Part shown: positions 11,150 through 24,129 of the stretch, piece after piece
How the letters are laid out: each line of letters opens with the position of its first letter
Position numbering within the stretch: position 1 is the first letter of the stretch
Assembly: GCA_047495785.1 (NCBI GenBank)
Contig: JBLDXI010000003.1
Coordinates: forward strand, 2,356,001 to 2,420,000
Reading direction: 5' to 3'
Length of the DNA: 64,000 nucleotides
From: Lepidodermella squamata
Taxonomy: Eukaryota > Animalia > Gastrotricha
Translations under genes and position numbers: made by a program
The notes under the pieces: model-generated
Databases searched by the model: none
Told to the model about the DNA's origin: nothing
The model's input: only the letters and a program-made list of their open reading frames with translations

Positions 11150-13880
11150 TTATGAAGGCACTCTTTTGACAGCCTTCATCGATGTACCATTTTCCGCGCG
11201 TTTTCGCGTGAAAAATGTTTCAACTTGATGGCTGCTTACCGAAAGACACTTCGCAATCGCCAGAAGCCTCAGTTTAGTCAACACGGGTGACTCGTCGAAC
11301 GCCTTGGTAAGAGACAAAATCTGAGCGGCATTCAACGGCGGACTAACAGGTTTCCTAGGCACGAGATCACAACGCTGCTTCAAACACTGCCTCGTAAACC
11401 ACTGCATGATTGCTTTTCTTTTGATAGAAAACTCATTTGCCAATGATTTGAAAATGCATTCGTCGAATTTTCCGCCCATCTCTTTTTGATCACGTAGCAG
11501 ATCGTGCATTCTTTTGAGCTGCTCTGGAGAAAATAAACTGCGCGGAGTCCCAGTTTGAAGAGGCATGAGTTCGCGACGCTGCTTACTAAACCAGTGTGTG
11601 ATTGCTCGGCGTTTGATACAAAATTCTTCTGCCAACAGATCGTACACTTTGCCGTCAAATTTCCCGCCTTTCTCTCTTTGTTCACGAAATCGGTCTTGCA
11701 TTATCTTGAGCTGCTCCGCTGAGAATATCTTGCTCCTAGTCTCAGTTGAGCAAAGCTATACATTCATTGAAATAAATCGATGTATCATTCATCAGGTACG
11801 CGTAAACATTTGCGAATCTGAGTACCCTCAGCGGGAAGAAATCTAAATTTTTCGAAAACTCGACTTGCTATTACAAGTCCTTAACCGGTCCCTTGCACTT
11901 CGTTATTTAAGTATCAAGCTCAGCTTGAAGTCAGCTCAGCTTACGGCACGCTCAGCGTATTCACACCTTAGCTTAGCGTTCAAGCTCAGCTAGTTATAAC
12001 CGAAGCCAGCTAACCTTAGCAAGCTCAGCTCATCTTGCTCGCTAGTAAGCTGAGCTGGCAAACTGAACGTAGTAGAATATAAGTACGAGAATTTTGGTGT
12101 AGTGGAACACGCTGAGCTTGTACCCTGAGCTGGTTTGTCTCCGATCGTAAGTTCAGCTTGTCACCTGAGCTTATTAATTACACTATTAAGCTGAGCTAGT
12201 TTGGCTGAGCTTGTTCATGGTTTAGCTGAGCTGACTATAAGCTGAGCTTGTTACTTAAATAACGAAGTGCAACACGGCCCTTAACCCTTTCATGGCGGAA
12301 TTATTTATCTGCGGTAGAAAAAATATTTGACGGCAGTTTTAGGGGTTTTCGAACGCCCTGATCACGAGTTTGAAATCCGTTTGTCTTTATCTATCACTGT
12401 TAGGGCTGTACAAAAAGTGGCCGAAATCGTCCTATCCGCCCAGCTGATTTCAGGCGATTTTTCGTTTTCGAACACCCTAACTTTTGTGTTAGATGTGTTC
12501 ATTTTTGGAATTTCATATTCTAATTTACACCCATGAATGTCCCTAAGATTCCCTCTCACTTATATCACCGATCTCACTTTAAAAAAGTTTCCGAGGCTCA
12601 GCATTCAGATCTGAATTCAGCTTTTCCAGTTTTAGCTCGCGACAGTTTTTGCAGCACAAAAATCACGCACTCCGCCTGTATATAAGTCTGGGCGGATAGG
12701 ACGAATTCGGCCGGTTTGATTGTATCTCTATAGCGTCGTCATTTTTAATTGCCGACTCGAAAAAATTTACACAATGGTCAATGAGACTATGGGGGACACG
12801 GTGGTATTTTTTGTTGGATCAAAAAATGATCAGGAACCTATGAAATTTCAAGTTGAAAAAAATCGAAATTTCAATCTCAGGTTGACTATTTTCAAATTGC
12901 TGGTATGCCCTGACCATGCAAGATAACGGTGTCCCGGTCTCAAAACCTTGTAGCCAACATCGAAGAGCAAAGTCCTCAAAAGGGCGATCAAGAATTCATC
13001 AAATTCAATTTTCTGCGAATTTTCAAAGTCGAAATTCCGAAATCGTCCTTCCCGCCGTGAAAGGGTTAAATGGAGTGTATTTTAGGGGCATTTTCACACT
13101 CCGACAGGCCTTTTCTTGGGCGATCCGAGGTTAACCAGCTTTTTCGGATTTTAAAGATTAAACTACAGTCGGTGCAATTCTTTGTGCGCATTGTAAATTT
13201 CAAGGGTAAATTTAGTGCTGAAAGTTTTCCAAGGCCCAGGAATCGTGAGTGCCTTTACAATGGCCTGATGTAAAGCCAGCAATGGCGAAAATAAGTTAAC
13301 TTACCTCAGACCTGCGCTTTACAATGAGCCAACGAGCGATCGACCGCCAAGAAAGACTCAAACTAACAGCCAGTTGATCGACGCGATCAACGCTGAATGT
13401 GCTATTAGTTTCGTATTCCTGATAAATGGAAAAGTTTGCGAGCAACATTAAATTAAATGTAAGTCCAACCGCTTCAAGGATGGCTCTGCATTTCTTGCTT
13501 ATCTTTGTGTTCCTCGGCTGATTCTCCAGGTGAGAGCTTTTGCGAATTCTAAACCTCTCTCTCGCAAACCAACACGATACTCGACGCGGGGTCAGGCCAG
13601 CATTGCGTGCTATATCTGAGACTTCTTTTCGCTGTGGATAAGCACTGGCTTGAAAGGCAGCGAGTAAAATCTGCAGCTGCGGTGGACTAACTGACTTTGC
13701 TTTAATGGCGCAATCTTCGTTGCGATATACCCATTTTTCAACGCGTAATGGGCATTCGTTGATCTCGGCAGCCACGACTCGAGACAACGCCCTACGTGAT
13801 GTTGCCTTATCTTTTCCCCACTCTTCGAGACGACGGCGCAATACATCAACTTGCCAAGGCTCTAAAGAGCATCTAAACAT
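11150..13880 (-). CDS. Type A multi-homeodomain protein, copy A2, apparently intact, 6 homeodomain-like repeats (about 376 aa)
   Basis: Exons 13880-13470, about 13417-13304 and 11755-11150, all phase 0. The second repeat is near canonical (SPPQLQILLAAFQASAYPQRKEVSDIARNAGLTPRRVSCWFARERFR). Intron 2 is enlarged by two insertions. Confidence 0.85.
11885..12280. mobile_element. MITE with internal GCTCAGCT/AGCTGAGC repeats, in intron 2 of A2
   Basis: Inverted termini TTGCACTTCGTTATTTAAGTA (11893-11913) and TACTTAAATAACGAAGTGCAA (12252-12272). Many gctcagc units switch orientation near the centre. Confidence 0.8.
12285..13065. mobile_element. Non-autonomous piggyBac-like element
   Basis: TTAA TSD at 12281-12284 and 13066-13069; termini CCCTTTCATGGCGG and CCGCCGTGAAAGGG; internal repeats of gaaatcgtcct..ccgcc; no transposase ORF. 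Confidence 0.88.
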
Positions 13881-14634
13881 TATCCTACAAAAATAGAGTA
13901 GCAAATGGCCCAATATTTTCGACATATCTGCCTGGGGTGGACTCATTCTCCAGAAAAATAAACAATCTTCGAAAGTCGGCGAGCAATTCATCACTTAGCC
14001 GGATCGTTGCTTGAAGTGCGAAAACTAACAAATGAAAAATTTGAAAAGAGCTTTTAAATGAGCATAGATAACGAAGAGATTGGAGTGCATGCTGGGATAC
14101 AGTTTAATTGTATCAAATTTTCAACTAAGGAATTTTCCGGAATGTTTCAAGTTCCAGCAGTTCCCAAACTTTTTGTCTCGTATGACACAGTAGTGTCTTG
14201 TGAAAATATGGCTTGTAGGACACCTTGGTAAAATGACTGCAATTCGGTAAGAATAGGTAAAATTTGAGCAAATAAATGATTGCTTGATCACATCGGACTT
14301 TTAATGGCAACCTAGCTCAAAATGATCAAATCGAAGGTGAAATTGAAACTAAACGCGAGCGAAGCGAGGAAACTGTTAGAATTCGACACTGAAAAACGAC
14401 GTATGACATCGAAAAATTGGTTCACAATTTTCGCAGAAATTCTGGAGTCTTTGCACTTAATTATGAAATTTCGATTAATCAGGCTGCCAAATACAATTAA
14501 TTTATACAATTTATAAATTCTGTAACATACTTGAATAACAAGGTCAGTTCAACAATTAATTCTATCGTTCGTAATCTACCACCTATCTATCCATAAACGC
14601 ACGGTCGCAAAATGTGATGTCCTTGTTTGAGGCT

Positions 14635-16329
14635 TTAATCCTTGATCCGTCTTCCTACACTTTCAAACCAACGTATCACCTGAAGAATGGAAATAACGTA
14701 GACTAATCGGATGCAACTCAGTAGGTTAATTACCATGTGCACAGGGCAGTCAAGAGCTTGCGCCAGTTTGCTTGCTCTTTCAACCGATAAACTTTGATCG
14801 AGTCTAAATTGCTGAACAAATACTTTGGTATGTTTACAGAAATCTTTACAAAAGCACTGGGGTATAAATGCACCTCCTGAATGTAAGATGTTTGTTGGCG
14901 GCTGAATAACATTCTTCTGCATTCAGGCGCTTTAGACTTCGTTTTACGAGAAATTATACAGCGATTGACGATATCGAATGACAAATGGATTTTGCAAGCC
15001 AGATCACGAACTTGGTCTTTAGATGGATTCGCAAAGTCTGCCATCAACTACTCAATAAATTTGCCACGCGCTACTTACATTGATACATTCATAAAATCAA
15101 ACCTGGTCAATTTGCTGTTGCTGGCACTTAGTTAATGTGGATTTCTTTCTCCGCTGAATTCCCATCTCCTCTCGTTTTTGCTCGTTATCGAAAAACACTC
15201 GGCGATTGCACCAAGCCTTTCTTGAGACAGAACAGGCGAAGAATCGAACTCCTTGGCGAGACTAGAAATAAGCGTGGAGCTGAGTGGCGCGAATTCTTTA
15301 TCAGGGACGTTCTGAAAACCGATTTCGCGGTACTCGTTCTGAAACCAGCGCTTGACAGTTCGGTGATCGATGCCAAACTCTATGCCTAGAGCTCGACAGA
15401 GCTCAAAATCGCATTTTCTGCCCTTTTCGACTCGGTTGCGGAATTACTCCCTCATTCTTTGTAGCTGCTGCTTCGAGAACGGATACCCAAATTTTTTCCG
15501 CAGTCGACGGAATCTGTTCTGAAGGGCCTCAATGGAAATCCCGAATTTTTTCGATCAAGTCGATCACATCTAGCTCTTGATAGCGTGCGATTTTTTATGA
15601 ACTCCTGAAATATAAAACCACTTCAATAGCTAGCTGCAATAGTCATTCCTGAACGCACTTCATGGCATAAATCTGACACATCGACAGTTGTCAAGGTACC
15701 AGCCAATTCCACATCATGCCCCAATCCACACATCACGCTGCGACATCTGCGCCTAGCAGCGATCCAGCGCGATACCGAGTGAATGGAAACTCCCGTTTTC
15801 GCTGCTAGTTGATCGACACGATCGACTGTAAACGCACTATTTGTTTCGTATTCCTGAAAATGAATAGCATTCGAAGTTCGCACATCCATAGTATATGAAT
15901 ATGGGTAACCATTTCCAACAATCTTCTGTGCCTATCGTTCATGGGCTGATTTATAGATTCTGTTTGGATTCCCAAACTATAAGAAAGCTTTCTCCTCGCA
16001 CGTCTGAACCAATTACCGACACTCTTCACGTTCAAACCAGTTTGTTTCGCCAAGTCTCGACGCACTGCTTTGGATGGAAAAGCGTCGTCTTGATACGCAG
16101 CACGTAAAATTTTCAATTGAGAAACACTGAATTTCTTCTGTACGATCGTACGAATGTCACGGTTTTGATTCTGCTGAAACCATTCTAACACGCGCCTCTG
16201 ATCACCGCCAATCTCGGTAGACACTGCATGACTCAACGCTCTGAGAGATGTTGCCTTATTCTTCTGCCACTCTCCCTGGCGATTACATAAAATTGCAAAC
16301 TGCCAAGGTTCGAATGCAAAGTTCACCAT
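14635..16329 (-). pseudogene. Type B multi-homeodomain gene, copy B1 (deletions, frameshift, stop); the only copy keeping the last homeodomain
   Basis: Exon 1 is intact (VKSVGNWFRRARRK). There are deletions relative to B2 around 15660-15750, a frameshift near 15555 and a TAA near 15445. Terminal exons give RMLFSRQQTSYIQE|QFRLDQSLSVERASKLAQALDCPVHM|VIRWFESVGRR. Confidence 0.8.
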
Positions 16330-17088
16330 AAGCAACAATTATTAATAATACAGGACAACTATAACAAACTCAAAGCAAAACTAGAGAAACAGACACGAAA
16401 TTCGAAAAGCTTGCACTATAATCGTACTGTTGAATTTAGTTTACTGTTGTGTTCGTGCATCATCGACGGAAGATCAAGAAGCAAATACTACTACGGATTG
16501 GTTGATGGCACTTGAAGAAAACCAGCTGTAGCAAGGGTCCACAAGGCGTATCAAATGACTAGTTTTCATTTCATATTCAATTATTAATATTCAAATTCAT
16601 TAGTGAAAGCGCCATGACACTGAAGGGCAACAAGAAGGTAACGGAATGCGCAATTTCTACGTTACGCCGAGCACAGACTCTACATACTGAAGTGCAGAAG
16701 ACCACTAACGGCGTATTGCCGAAGATTGCCCCGAAATACGAAAATCTGTCGAAATACCTGTGGCGAGACATGGCATGGCATACGAGCTATAAGCCAAGTT
16801 CAACTCCAGGCTCGAATTCTAATTCCTCCATTCATCCTATATCCTATATCCTATATCCTCCATTCCTTTTTTCAATTTTATTTTTTAAGGATATCAAAAT
16901 GTTGCTATTAAAATAAAAACCAAGAAGAGTTTAGCGATTTCCACCCAAAAGTTTGAAGAATTCACAAATTCTGCAACATGAAACAAAACAAATACTGAAA
17001 AATTAAGATTTCACCGCATTATGATTTGAGCAAGGTAGTTTTATCAATCCGATTTTGAGCGTTGAGACCAAATACCGCAAATATTAAC

Positions 17089-17721
17089 TTAAGAAGGTGC
17101 TCTTTTGATAGCTTTCGTCGACGTACCACGTGTTTTTCCACCATTTTCCACACGTTTTTGCTTGAAAAATGTTTCAGCTTGACCACGACTGATTGAAAAA
17201 CACTCGTTAAAGGTCTGAAGCCTTCGCTTCGTCAACACGGGTGACTCGTCGAACGCCTTGCTTAGGGTCGAGATTTGAGCAGCATTTAACGGCGGCCTAC
17301 GAGCCCTCCTAGGGACGAGATCGCATCCCTGCTTCGAACACTGCCTCATAAACCAGCCAATGATGGCTTTTCGGTCGATAGAGTACCCTTTTGCCAATGA
17401 GTCGAAAATTATGTCGTCGAATTTTCCGCCTTTCTCTTTTTGATCACGGAGTAGATCGTGCATTCTTTTGAGCTGCTCTGGAGAGAATAAACTGCTCCAA
17501 GTCCCAGTTTGAAGAGGCAAGGGACCGCGACGCAGCTTCATGCGCTGCCTACTAAACCAGTTCTTTACCGATCGCTGTTCAACACCAAACTCTACTGCCA
17601 ACAGCTTACACATGTTGACGTAAAATTGCCCGCTTTTCTCTCTTTGATTAAGCAATAGGTCGCGCATCATCTTGAGCTGCTCTGTTGAGAATATTCTGCT
17701 TCCAGTCTTTGTTGAACCAAG
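17089..17721 (-). CDS. Orphan type A terminal exon (3 homeodomain-like repeats); its own upstream exons are missing
   Basis: An intact TAG acceptor at 17722-17724 opens a frame LGSTKTGSRIFSTEQLKMMRDLL...SVKNWFSRQR...AIIGWFMRQ. No type A exons 1-2 lie between it and B2. Confidence 0.7.
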   Translation of the reverse strand, partial: LGSTKTGSRIFSTEQLKMMRDLLLNQREKSGQFYVNMCKLLAVEFGVEQRSVKNWFSRQRMKLRRGPLPLQTGTWSSLFSPEQLKRMHDLLRDQKEKGGKFDDIIFDSLAKGYSIDRKAIIGWFMRQCSKQGCDLVPRRARRPPLNAAQISTLSKAFDESPVLTKRRLQTFNECFSISRGQAETFFKQKRVENGGKTRGTSTKAIKRAPS

Positions 17722-18543
17722 CTACACATTCATTGAAAACAAACAAATCAATGTAGCATTCACTTCGTGAAATCATGAAGTGTGTGTGTGTGCGGGAGGG
17801 TGAGAGGGTAGGCCATTGACATGTCAAAACAGGGTGACTTCACATCAAAAATCGAAGATGTTAAGGTAAAGACCCCTTACCTTAGGACGTAAGGTAATTT
17901 ACATATTTTCAAACGCTACCTGCCATTACCTTTATGTCACTACATGGATGGTATTACTTTAGCATTGAATTTCAGCACGCGTTCATGTAGAGCAAGGTAA
18001 ATGTTGTATAGCCGCGCAATTTCCCCTTATTCTGTCTCTGTTTCCACGACGTGACATACTCAAAAATGGTAAAGAAGGACTCAAACTGCGCCTCCTTCCA
18101 AAAATGTTTCCGAAAAACCTCAAACTTTCCGCTGCGCATAATTGCCTCATTACGCACGTTTTTCCTAGCATTTTTGGGACCGCTTTGTGACTGACGAGAT
18201 TTTGCTTATTTGTTGAGATCAATGATGGCTGGGGTAAACTTTGAAAAAATTTTCACTTAAACGGAGAATTTTGATGTCAAACTGACATCCATTAGTGTCA
18301 TAATGAGTGATCTCAAAATCAGAAGTGTGCCATTCGTTTTTTCGCCATCTTGAGCTGCTATGCCATACTGAGTGTAACAGATTGAGTTATGCCTGAATGA
18401 GATTGCCATATCAATTGAGCCATGACGTGGCACTCCCCTAGGCAGGCTTCGAGGTGGATGGTAAACAATTAAATTCAATAAACAATACAGTTCGCGGTTG
18501 AATATCCTTCTTCTGCGTTCAAGCGCATTCAACTTCAATCACG

Positions 18544-20159
18544 CTAAAATATAAAGCGATTGACGGTTTCGAATGCAAAATTAATTTTCCAAGCGAAATC
18601 ACGAACTTTAGAAGGATTAGCAAAGCCTGCGGTCAAATGCTCAATAAATTTGCCCCATGCTACATAAATTAATACATTAATTTGAAAAACCTGGTCAATT
18701 TCTTCTTGCTGGTTCTTGGTGAACACGAAGGACTTTTCCCTCTCCTCGAGCTTTCGAACAAAGACATTTGCAACCTGTTTGCGGCTTATCGAAAAACACT
18801 CGGCGATCGCTTCAAGTCTTGCTTCCGGCAACGCAGGCGAAGAGTCGAATAACTTAGTGAGACTCGAATTTTGCGCGGAGTCAAGTGGCGCAGAATCTGT
18901 TTCAGCGATATTCCGGAAACCGTTTGTGCGGCACTCGCTCTCAAACCAGTGCTTAACAGCTCGATGGCTGATACCAAACTCTATGCCGAGAGCTCGAAAG
19001 AGCACGATATCACATTGTTCGCCTTTTTCGACTCGATTGAGCATTAACTCGCGCATTATTTGTAGCTGCTGTTTCGAAAAAGGAGCGCCAACCGTTTTCC
19101 GCAACCAACGGAATCTGTTTTTGACGGAGTCGAAAGGAATTCCGAACTTGTTCGCAATATGATCGCGTCTAGCTGTACATAGTCTTGGATTCTCTATGAA
19201 CTCCTGAAACATCAGTAATAGCTAATTGCATGGTAATTCATGAACGCACTTTTTCCAAGGCATCGGTTTTCTCGCGATTGAATAATACGCGTTTGTTTTT
19301 ACCGCATTGGCGATGGCAATGGAAAAAATCCGAGACCTCAGCAGTTGTCCAGGTCCCAGCCAATTCAAAAGCATGTCCCAATCCACACCTCACGCTGTGT
19401 ATTTCTTCACCAGACTTCTCCATCTCAGTGCTCTCAGACGCAGAGTTGTTTGTGTACGATTGTTGGCGCTCAAAAGCTTCCCGCAACTATTAAACACATA
19501 ATTTAGACAGATAATGTAACGAAAGCGACCCACTTGAAGTGCCTCGGCTGGTTTTAGAAGTCGGTTGACACCCGAACTGCGCCTAGCAGCGATCCAGTGC
19601 AATACTGATGAACTGGAAAGGCCCGTCTTCGCTACTAGTTGATCAATACGACCGACTGTAAACGCACTATTAATTTCGTATTCCTGGAAATGAATTGTGC
19701 GAGTTAAAATCTCTATGGTAAATGAATATAGGTAACCATTTCCAACAATCTTCTGTGCCTATCGTTCATGGGCTGATTTATAGACTCTGTTTGGATTCCC
19801 AAACTATAAGAAAGCTTTCTCCTCGCACGTCTGAACCAATTACCGACACTCTTCTCGTTCAAACCAGTTTGTCTCGCCAAGTCTTGGCGCACTGCTTTCG
19901 ATGGAAATGCAGCGTTGTCTTGATACGCAGCACGTAAAATTGTCAATTGAGAAACACTGACGTTTCTCTGTTTGATAGCACGAATGTCATTGTTTTTGTT
20001 TCGATAAAACCAATCCCCAACGCGCATCTGATTCACGCCGATCTCGATGGATACTGCTTGACTCAACGCTTGTATAGATGTTGCCTTACTCTTCTGCCAC
20101 TCTCCCAGGCGATTACATAAAATTGCAAACTGCCAAGGTTCGAATGCAAAGTTTTTCAT
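18544..20159 (-). CDS. Type B multi-homeodomain protein, copy B2 (open through about 8 repeats, 3'-truncated)
   Basis: Exons about 20159-19737, 19684-19533, 19486-19251 and 19203-18544 join in phase 0 without stops. A premature TAG at 18544 is followed by loss of homology to B1 below about 18480. Confidence 0.75.
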
Positions 20160-21346
20160 AAGCAGCAATTGTTAATAATACATCGACACTATAACAAAAT
20201 CAAAATATCATTTAGCGAAACTAATTCTACCTTTCCGAATATATTTCTACGATATATTTCGACAATGTATGCATTTTACAAGTAGTGAAGAACGTATCAT
20301 ATATACAGAATTTTTCGCTGAATGTAATTTTAAATTATGCCAAGCAATCATTACTTTCTGATCTTCATGAACATTTCGATAAGGGCTTTTTGGCCCATAG
20401 AAAATTACCAAAAATTATGGTTATGTACTTTGTACGCTATAGACCCTAAAAAATCATAATTGATGAGGCAGAAACCATAGATGCGAACAGGAAATCCGAA
20501 AAGCTTGCTTCAAGGTACTAATTCTAGTTTTCCTATCGTTATTCAAAGGCTTAATAAATAAATAAACCGTAAATTGAAATGATTATCTTCTATCCTCTCG
20601 GTGATTCATTTTCATAATTGGTAATTTAAAAACCTGTTAGAAGTGACCCTTCAAAGGTGAAATCATCTATATTTTTCAGCTTTCTTAAAATCAATGCTTT
20701 ATTAAAATCAATGGGCTATCAGAAGGCAACGGAAGGCGTCACGGAAGGCGAACCTGATTATTACGTCAAGCATAGACTAAATTGCAGGAGACCAATAGCT
20801 GCTCAGTTATGCGCGAAGATTGTCCCAAGATCCCATAGTCTGACGCTGAACCCGTGGCGAGACAAGGCAGACGAAATTTGAGCCACGGCCTTCAACTCCA
20901 GGCATGAATTAGAATTAGAATTCCTCCATTCATCCCAGTCATCCTATTCCTATTCCTTTTTCGGAATTTAGGAAAAATTTAGGGATGACGGCGAAATTCG
21001 ATTGTGAGCGACCTGGTATTTTTCTCGAATTCCTCCATTCATCATAGGCTTTTGTATCAATTTTTAACTGTCGTCTTAATTTCAAAAGTTCCAAAAATTT
21101 CAAAAGTTTCATGGTGCTTTTATCAATTAAAACAAGAAACAAAAGAAATCAGCGATTTCCAAACAAAAAGCTCATGAATTCACGAGAAACTTCAGATACT
21201 ACAAAATAAAATAAAACACAACAAACACTGGAAGAATAAGATTTCACTGATAAACGTTGTATCATTTCAAACCGTATTATAATTTGAGAACTGTAGTTTT
21301 ATCAATCCAGTTTTCAACGGTGAAACCAAATGCCGGAAATACAAAC

Positions 21347-23846
21347 TCAAGAGGGCAATTTTTTGACAGCCTTCGTCGACGTACCATTTTCCACACGTTT
21401 TCGCGTGAAAAACTTTTCAGCTTGAGTTCGACTGATTGAAAAACGCTCGACAAAAGTTTGAAGCCTTTGCTTTGTCAATACAGGTGACTCGTCGAACGCC
21501 TTGCTAAGAGTCGAGATTTGAGCGGAATTTAACGGTGGTCTGAAAGCCCTCCGAGGCACGAGGTCGCAACGCTGCTTCGAGCACTGCCTCCGCCAATTCC
21601 TTCTAAATTCCTTCGCCAATAAGTCGAAAATTTTGTCGTCGAATTTCTCGCGCTTCCCTTTTTGATCGCGGAGTAGGTCGTGCATTCTTTTAAGCTGCTC
21701 TGGTGAGAATAACCTGCTCTGTGTCTCAGTTTGACAAAGATGCATTCTTTTGACAGCCTTCGTCGACGTATACAATTCCACACGTTTTCGATTGAAAAAC
21801 TTACTAGCTTGACTTCGACTGATTGAAAAACGCTCGACAAAAGTCTGAAGTCTTTGTTTTGTCAATACAGGTGACTCGGCGAACGCCTTGCTAAGAATCG
21901 AGATTTGAGCAGCATCCAACGGCGGACTAACAGGTCTCCTCGGCACGAGAGCGCAACGTTGTTTCGAACTTTGCCTTATAAACCAGCCCATGATGTCATG
22001 GCCGTTAGTAGAAAACTCCTTCGCCAATGACTCGAATATTTTGGATTTCTCGAATTTCTCGCCTCTCTCTTTTTGATCACGGAGCAGATCGTGCATTCTT
22101 TTTCGCTGCTCTGGTGAGAATAACTTGCCCCGATTCCCAGTTTGCAAACGGTGCTTCACGTGCTGCCTCGTAAACCAGTCGACGATTGATTGGCGTTTAA
22201 CAGCAAACTCTTCTGCCAACAGATTGTACACTTTGACGTCAATTTTCCCGCCATTCTCTCTTTGCTCACGCAATAGGTCTTGCATAATCTTGAGCTGCTC
22301 TGTTGAGAATATCCTGCTCCGAGTCTCAGTTGAACCAAGCTACGCATTCATTGAAAGAAAAGAATCGATGTATCATTCATCAATTCATCAAGCACACGTG
22401 AACATTTGCGAATCTGAGTACCGTCAACTGGTGACTTTGTTCAGTGAGGTCACTTTTCATTTTGACATGCACATTTTCCAGCCCGTCTGTGTTTCCCCCG
22501 CGCGGGGGGTCGTTGCGCAACAATTCAAGATAAATCTAGCCTCACCCGCGCGCGCAACCGATCACGCCCGTGCGCCAAGTCTTAAAATAGGCATGCTATA
22601 AGAAATAGCCAATCCTTGAAAATCGGTCTGATTTGCAATAAAATAAAAAAAAATTGACTGCATAGCGGCTCAAAATAATATTTTCAATACTAAATCAAGT
22701 CCGAAGAATACGAAAATAAATACAGCGGAAGACAGAATTCGGTCATTGTCGAATATAGGCTATAAATGCATGTAAAACAGGGTCATGTTAGCCATAAAAC
22801 TTCACCATGTCTGAGTCAGTTTCCAGTCAGTTGGTCCCGATATTATCTGAAATGGCAATCTGAAAATTGCTGTTCCCAAAACGTTACCCATTTCAAGCCC
22901 TAAATGGGTTGTATTCACGAGCATTGTACGCAACCCGGCTAGCCTTTTCCTGGGTTATCTAACGATACCCCACGGGGTCTTTATCTTCGACTTTGAGATG
23001 CCGAGGTCAACCCCTTTTCGCATGCCAAAGCAACCCCACTGTTCAAATTATTCTCAGTTGACGGTACGTGTATGAAAAAAGAATAATCAGCTTTTTCAAT
23101 ACTTCAATAACCAGTCAACCACCTTTTTCGTATTTCGTATTTTAAATACGTTCGGTGCGTTTCTTTGCGGACATGTTGTATTTCAAGCATACATCTATTT
23201 ACTTGGAAGGTCCGGAAATCGCGACTGGCTAGCTCCTAGATTGTTGCCTAACTTGGAGAAAATAAATTAACTTACCTCAGACCTGCGCTTTCTATTGAGC
23301 CAAAAAGCAATCGAGTGTCTAGAAAGACTCAAATCGGCAGCCAGTTGACCGACTCGATCAACGTTGAATGTGCTATTCTTCTCGTATTCCTATTAAAATG
23401 GTTGAAATTTGAGTGCAACTTTCAATCGAATGTAACAGTCTAACCGTTTCAAGGATGGCTCTACATTTCTCGCTTATTCTTCCGTTCCTCGGCAGATTCT
23501 CCTGCTGGGCTCTAATACGACTTCTACGCATCGCATTGATGAACCAATACGATACCTTACGCGGGGTCAGACCTGCCTTGCTTGCGATTTTCAAGATATC
23601 TTCTTTCAGTGGATAAGCGCTGGATTCAAAAGCAGCGGATAAAATGCACTGCTGTGACGGACGTTTGACATTTCTTTTAATGGTGCGATCTTCGTGGCGC
23701 ATTATCCATCTTTCAACGCGGGATGGGTATTCGTTGATTTCGGCAGCCACTGCTCGAGACAATGACCTACGCGATATCGCCCTATCTTTTTCCCATTCTT
23801 CGAGGCGAAGGCGTAAAACATGAACTTGCCAAGGCTGGAAAGACAT
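21347..23846 (-). CDS. Type A multi-homeodomain protein, copy A3, 8 repeats through internal duplication of the last two
   Basis: Exons about 23846-23445, 23388-23276 and 22339-21347 are in frame. The block LFSPEQ.KRMHDLLRDQK...PPL..AQIS.LSKAF.ESPVLTKQRLQTFVERFSISR occurs twice. Confidence 0.85.
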
Positions 23847-24129
23847 TAGCCTAGATAATATAGAGATGCAACACTTTTAGTATTTTCGATGTTGATATAC
23901 AAAGGTTTACCAGAATTACACTCGTCTTCAGTTGTTCAGAGATGTTTGCAAAATTAGCCGTAAAATATGAATAAAATGAAATTATCATTGTTCATGAATA
24001 TTCTATGAATACTTTTTAAATTCAAGAGGCACGCTGCAGGGGAAAAGTAAGCCAAAAGTGACCAAAAGTAAGTACTAAGCAGGATTCGAGATATTTCCCG
24101 GATGGCACACACGTCTCACATTCAATCAA

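Noticed and set aside
11930-12250. CRISPR-like or satellite array of GCTCAGCT units
   Set aside because: The units are short and irregular, flip orientation inside a TIR-bounded element, and there are no unique spacers or cas genes; the context is eukaryotic.
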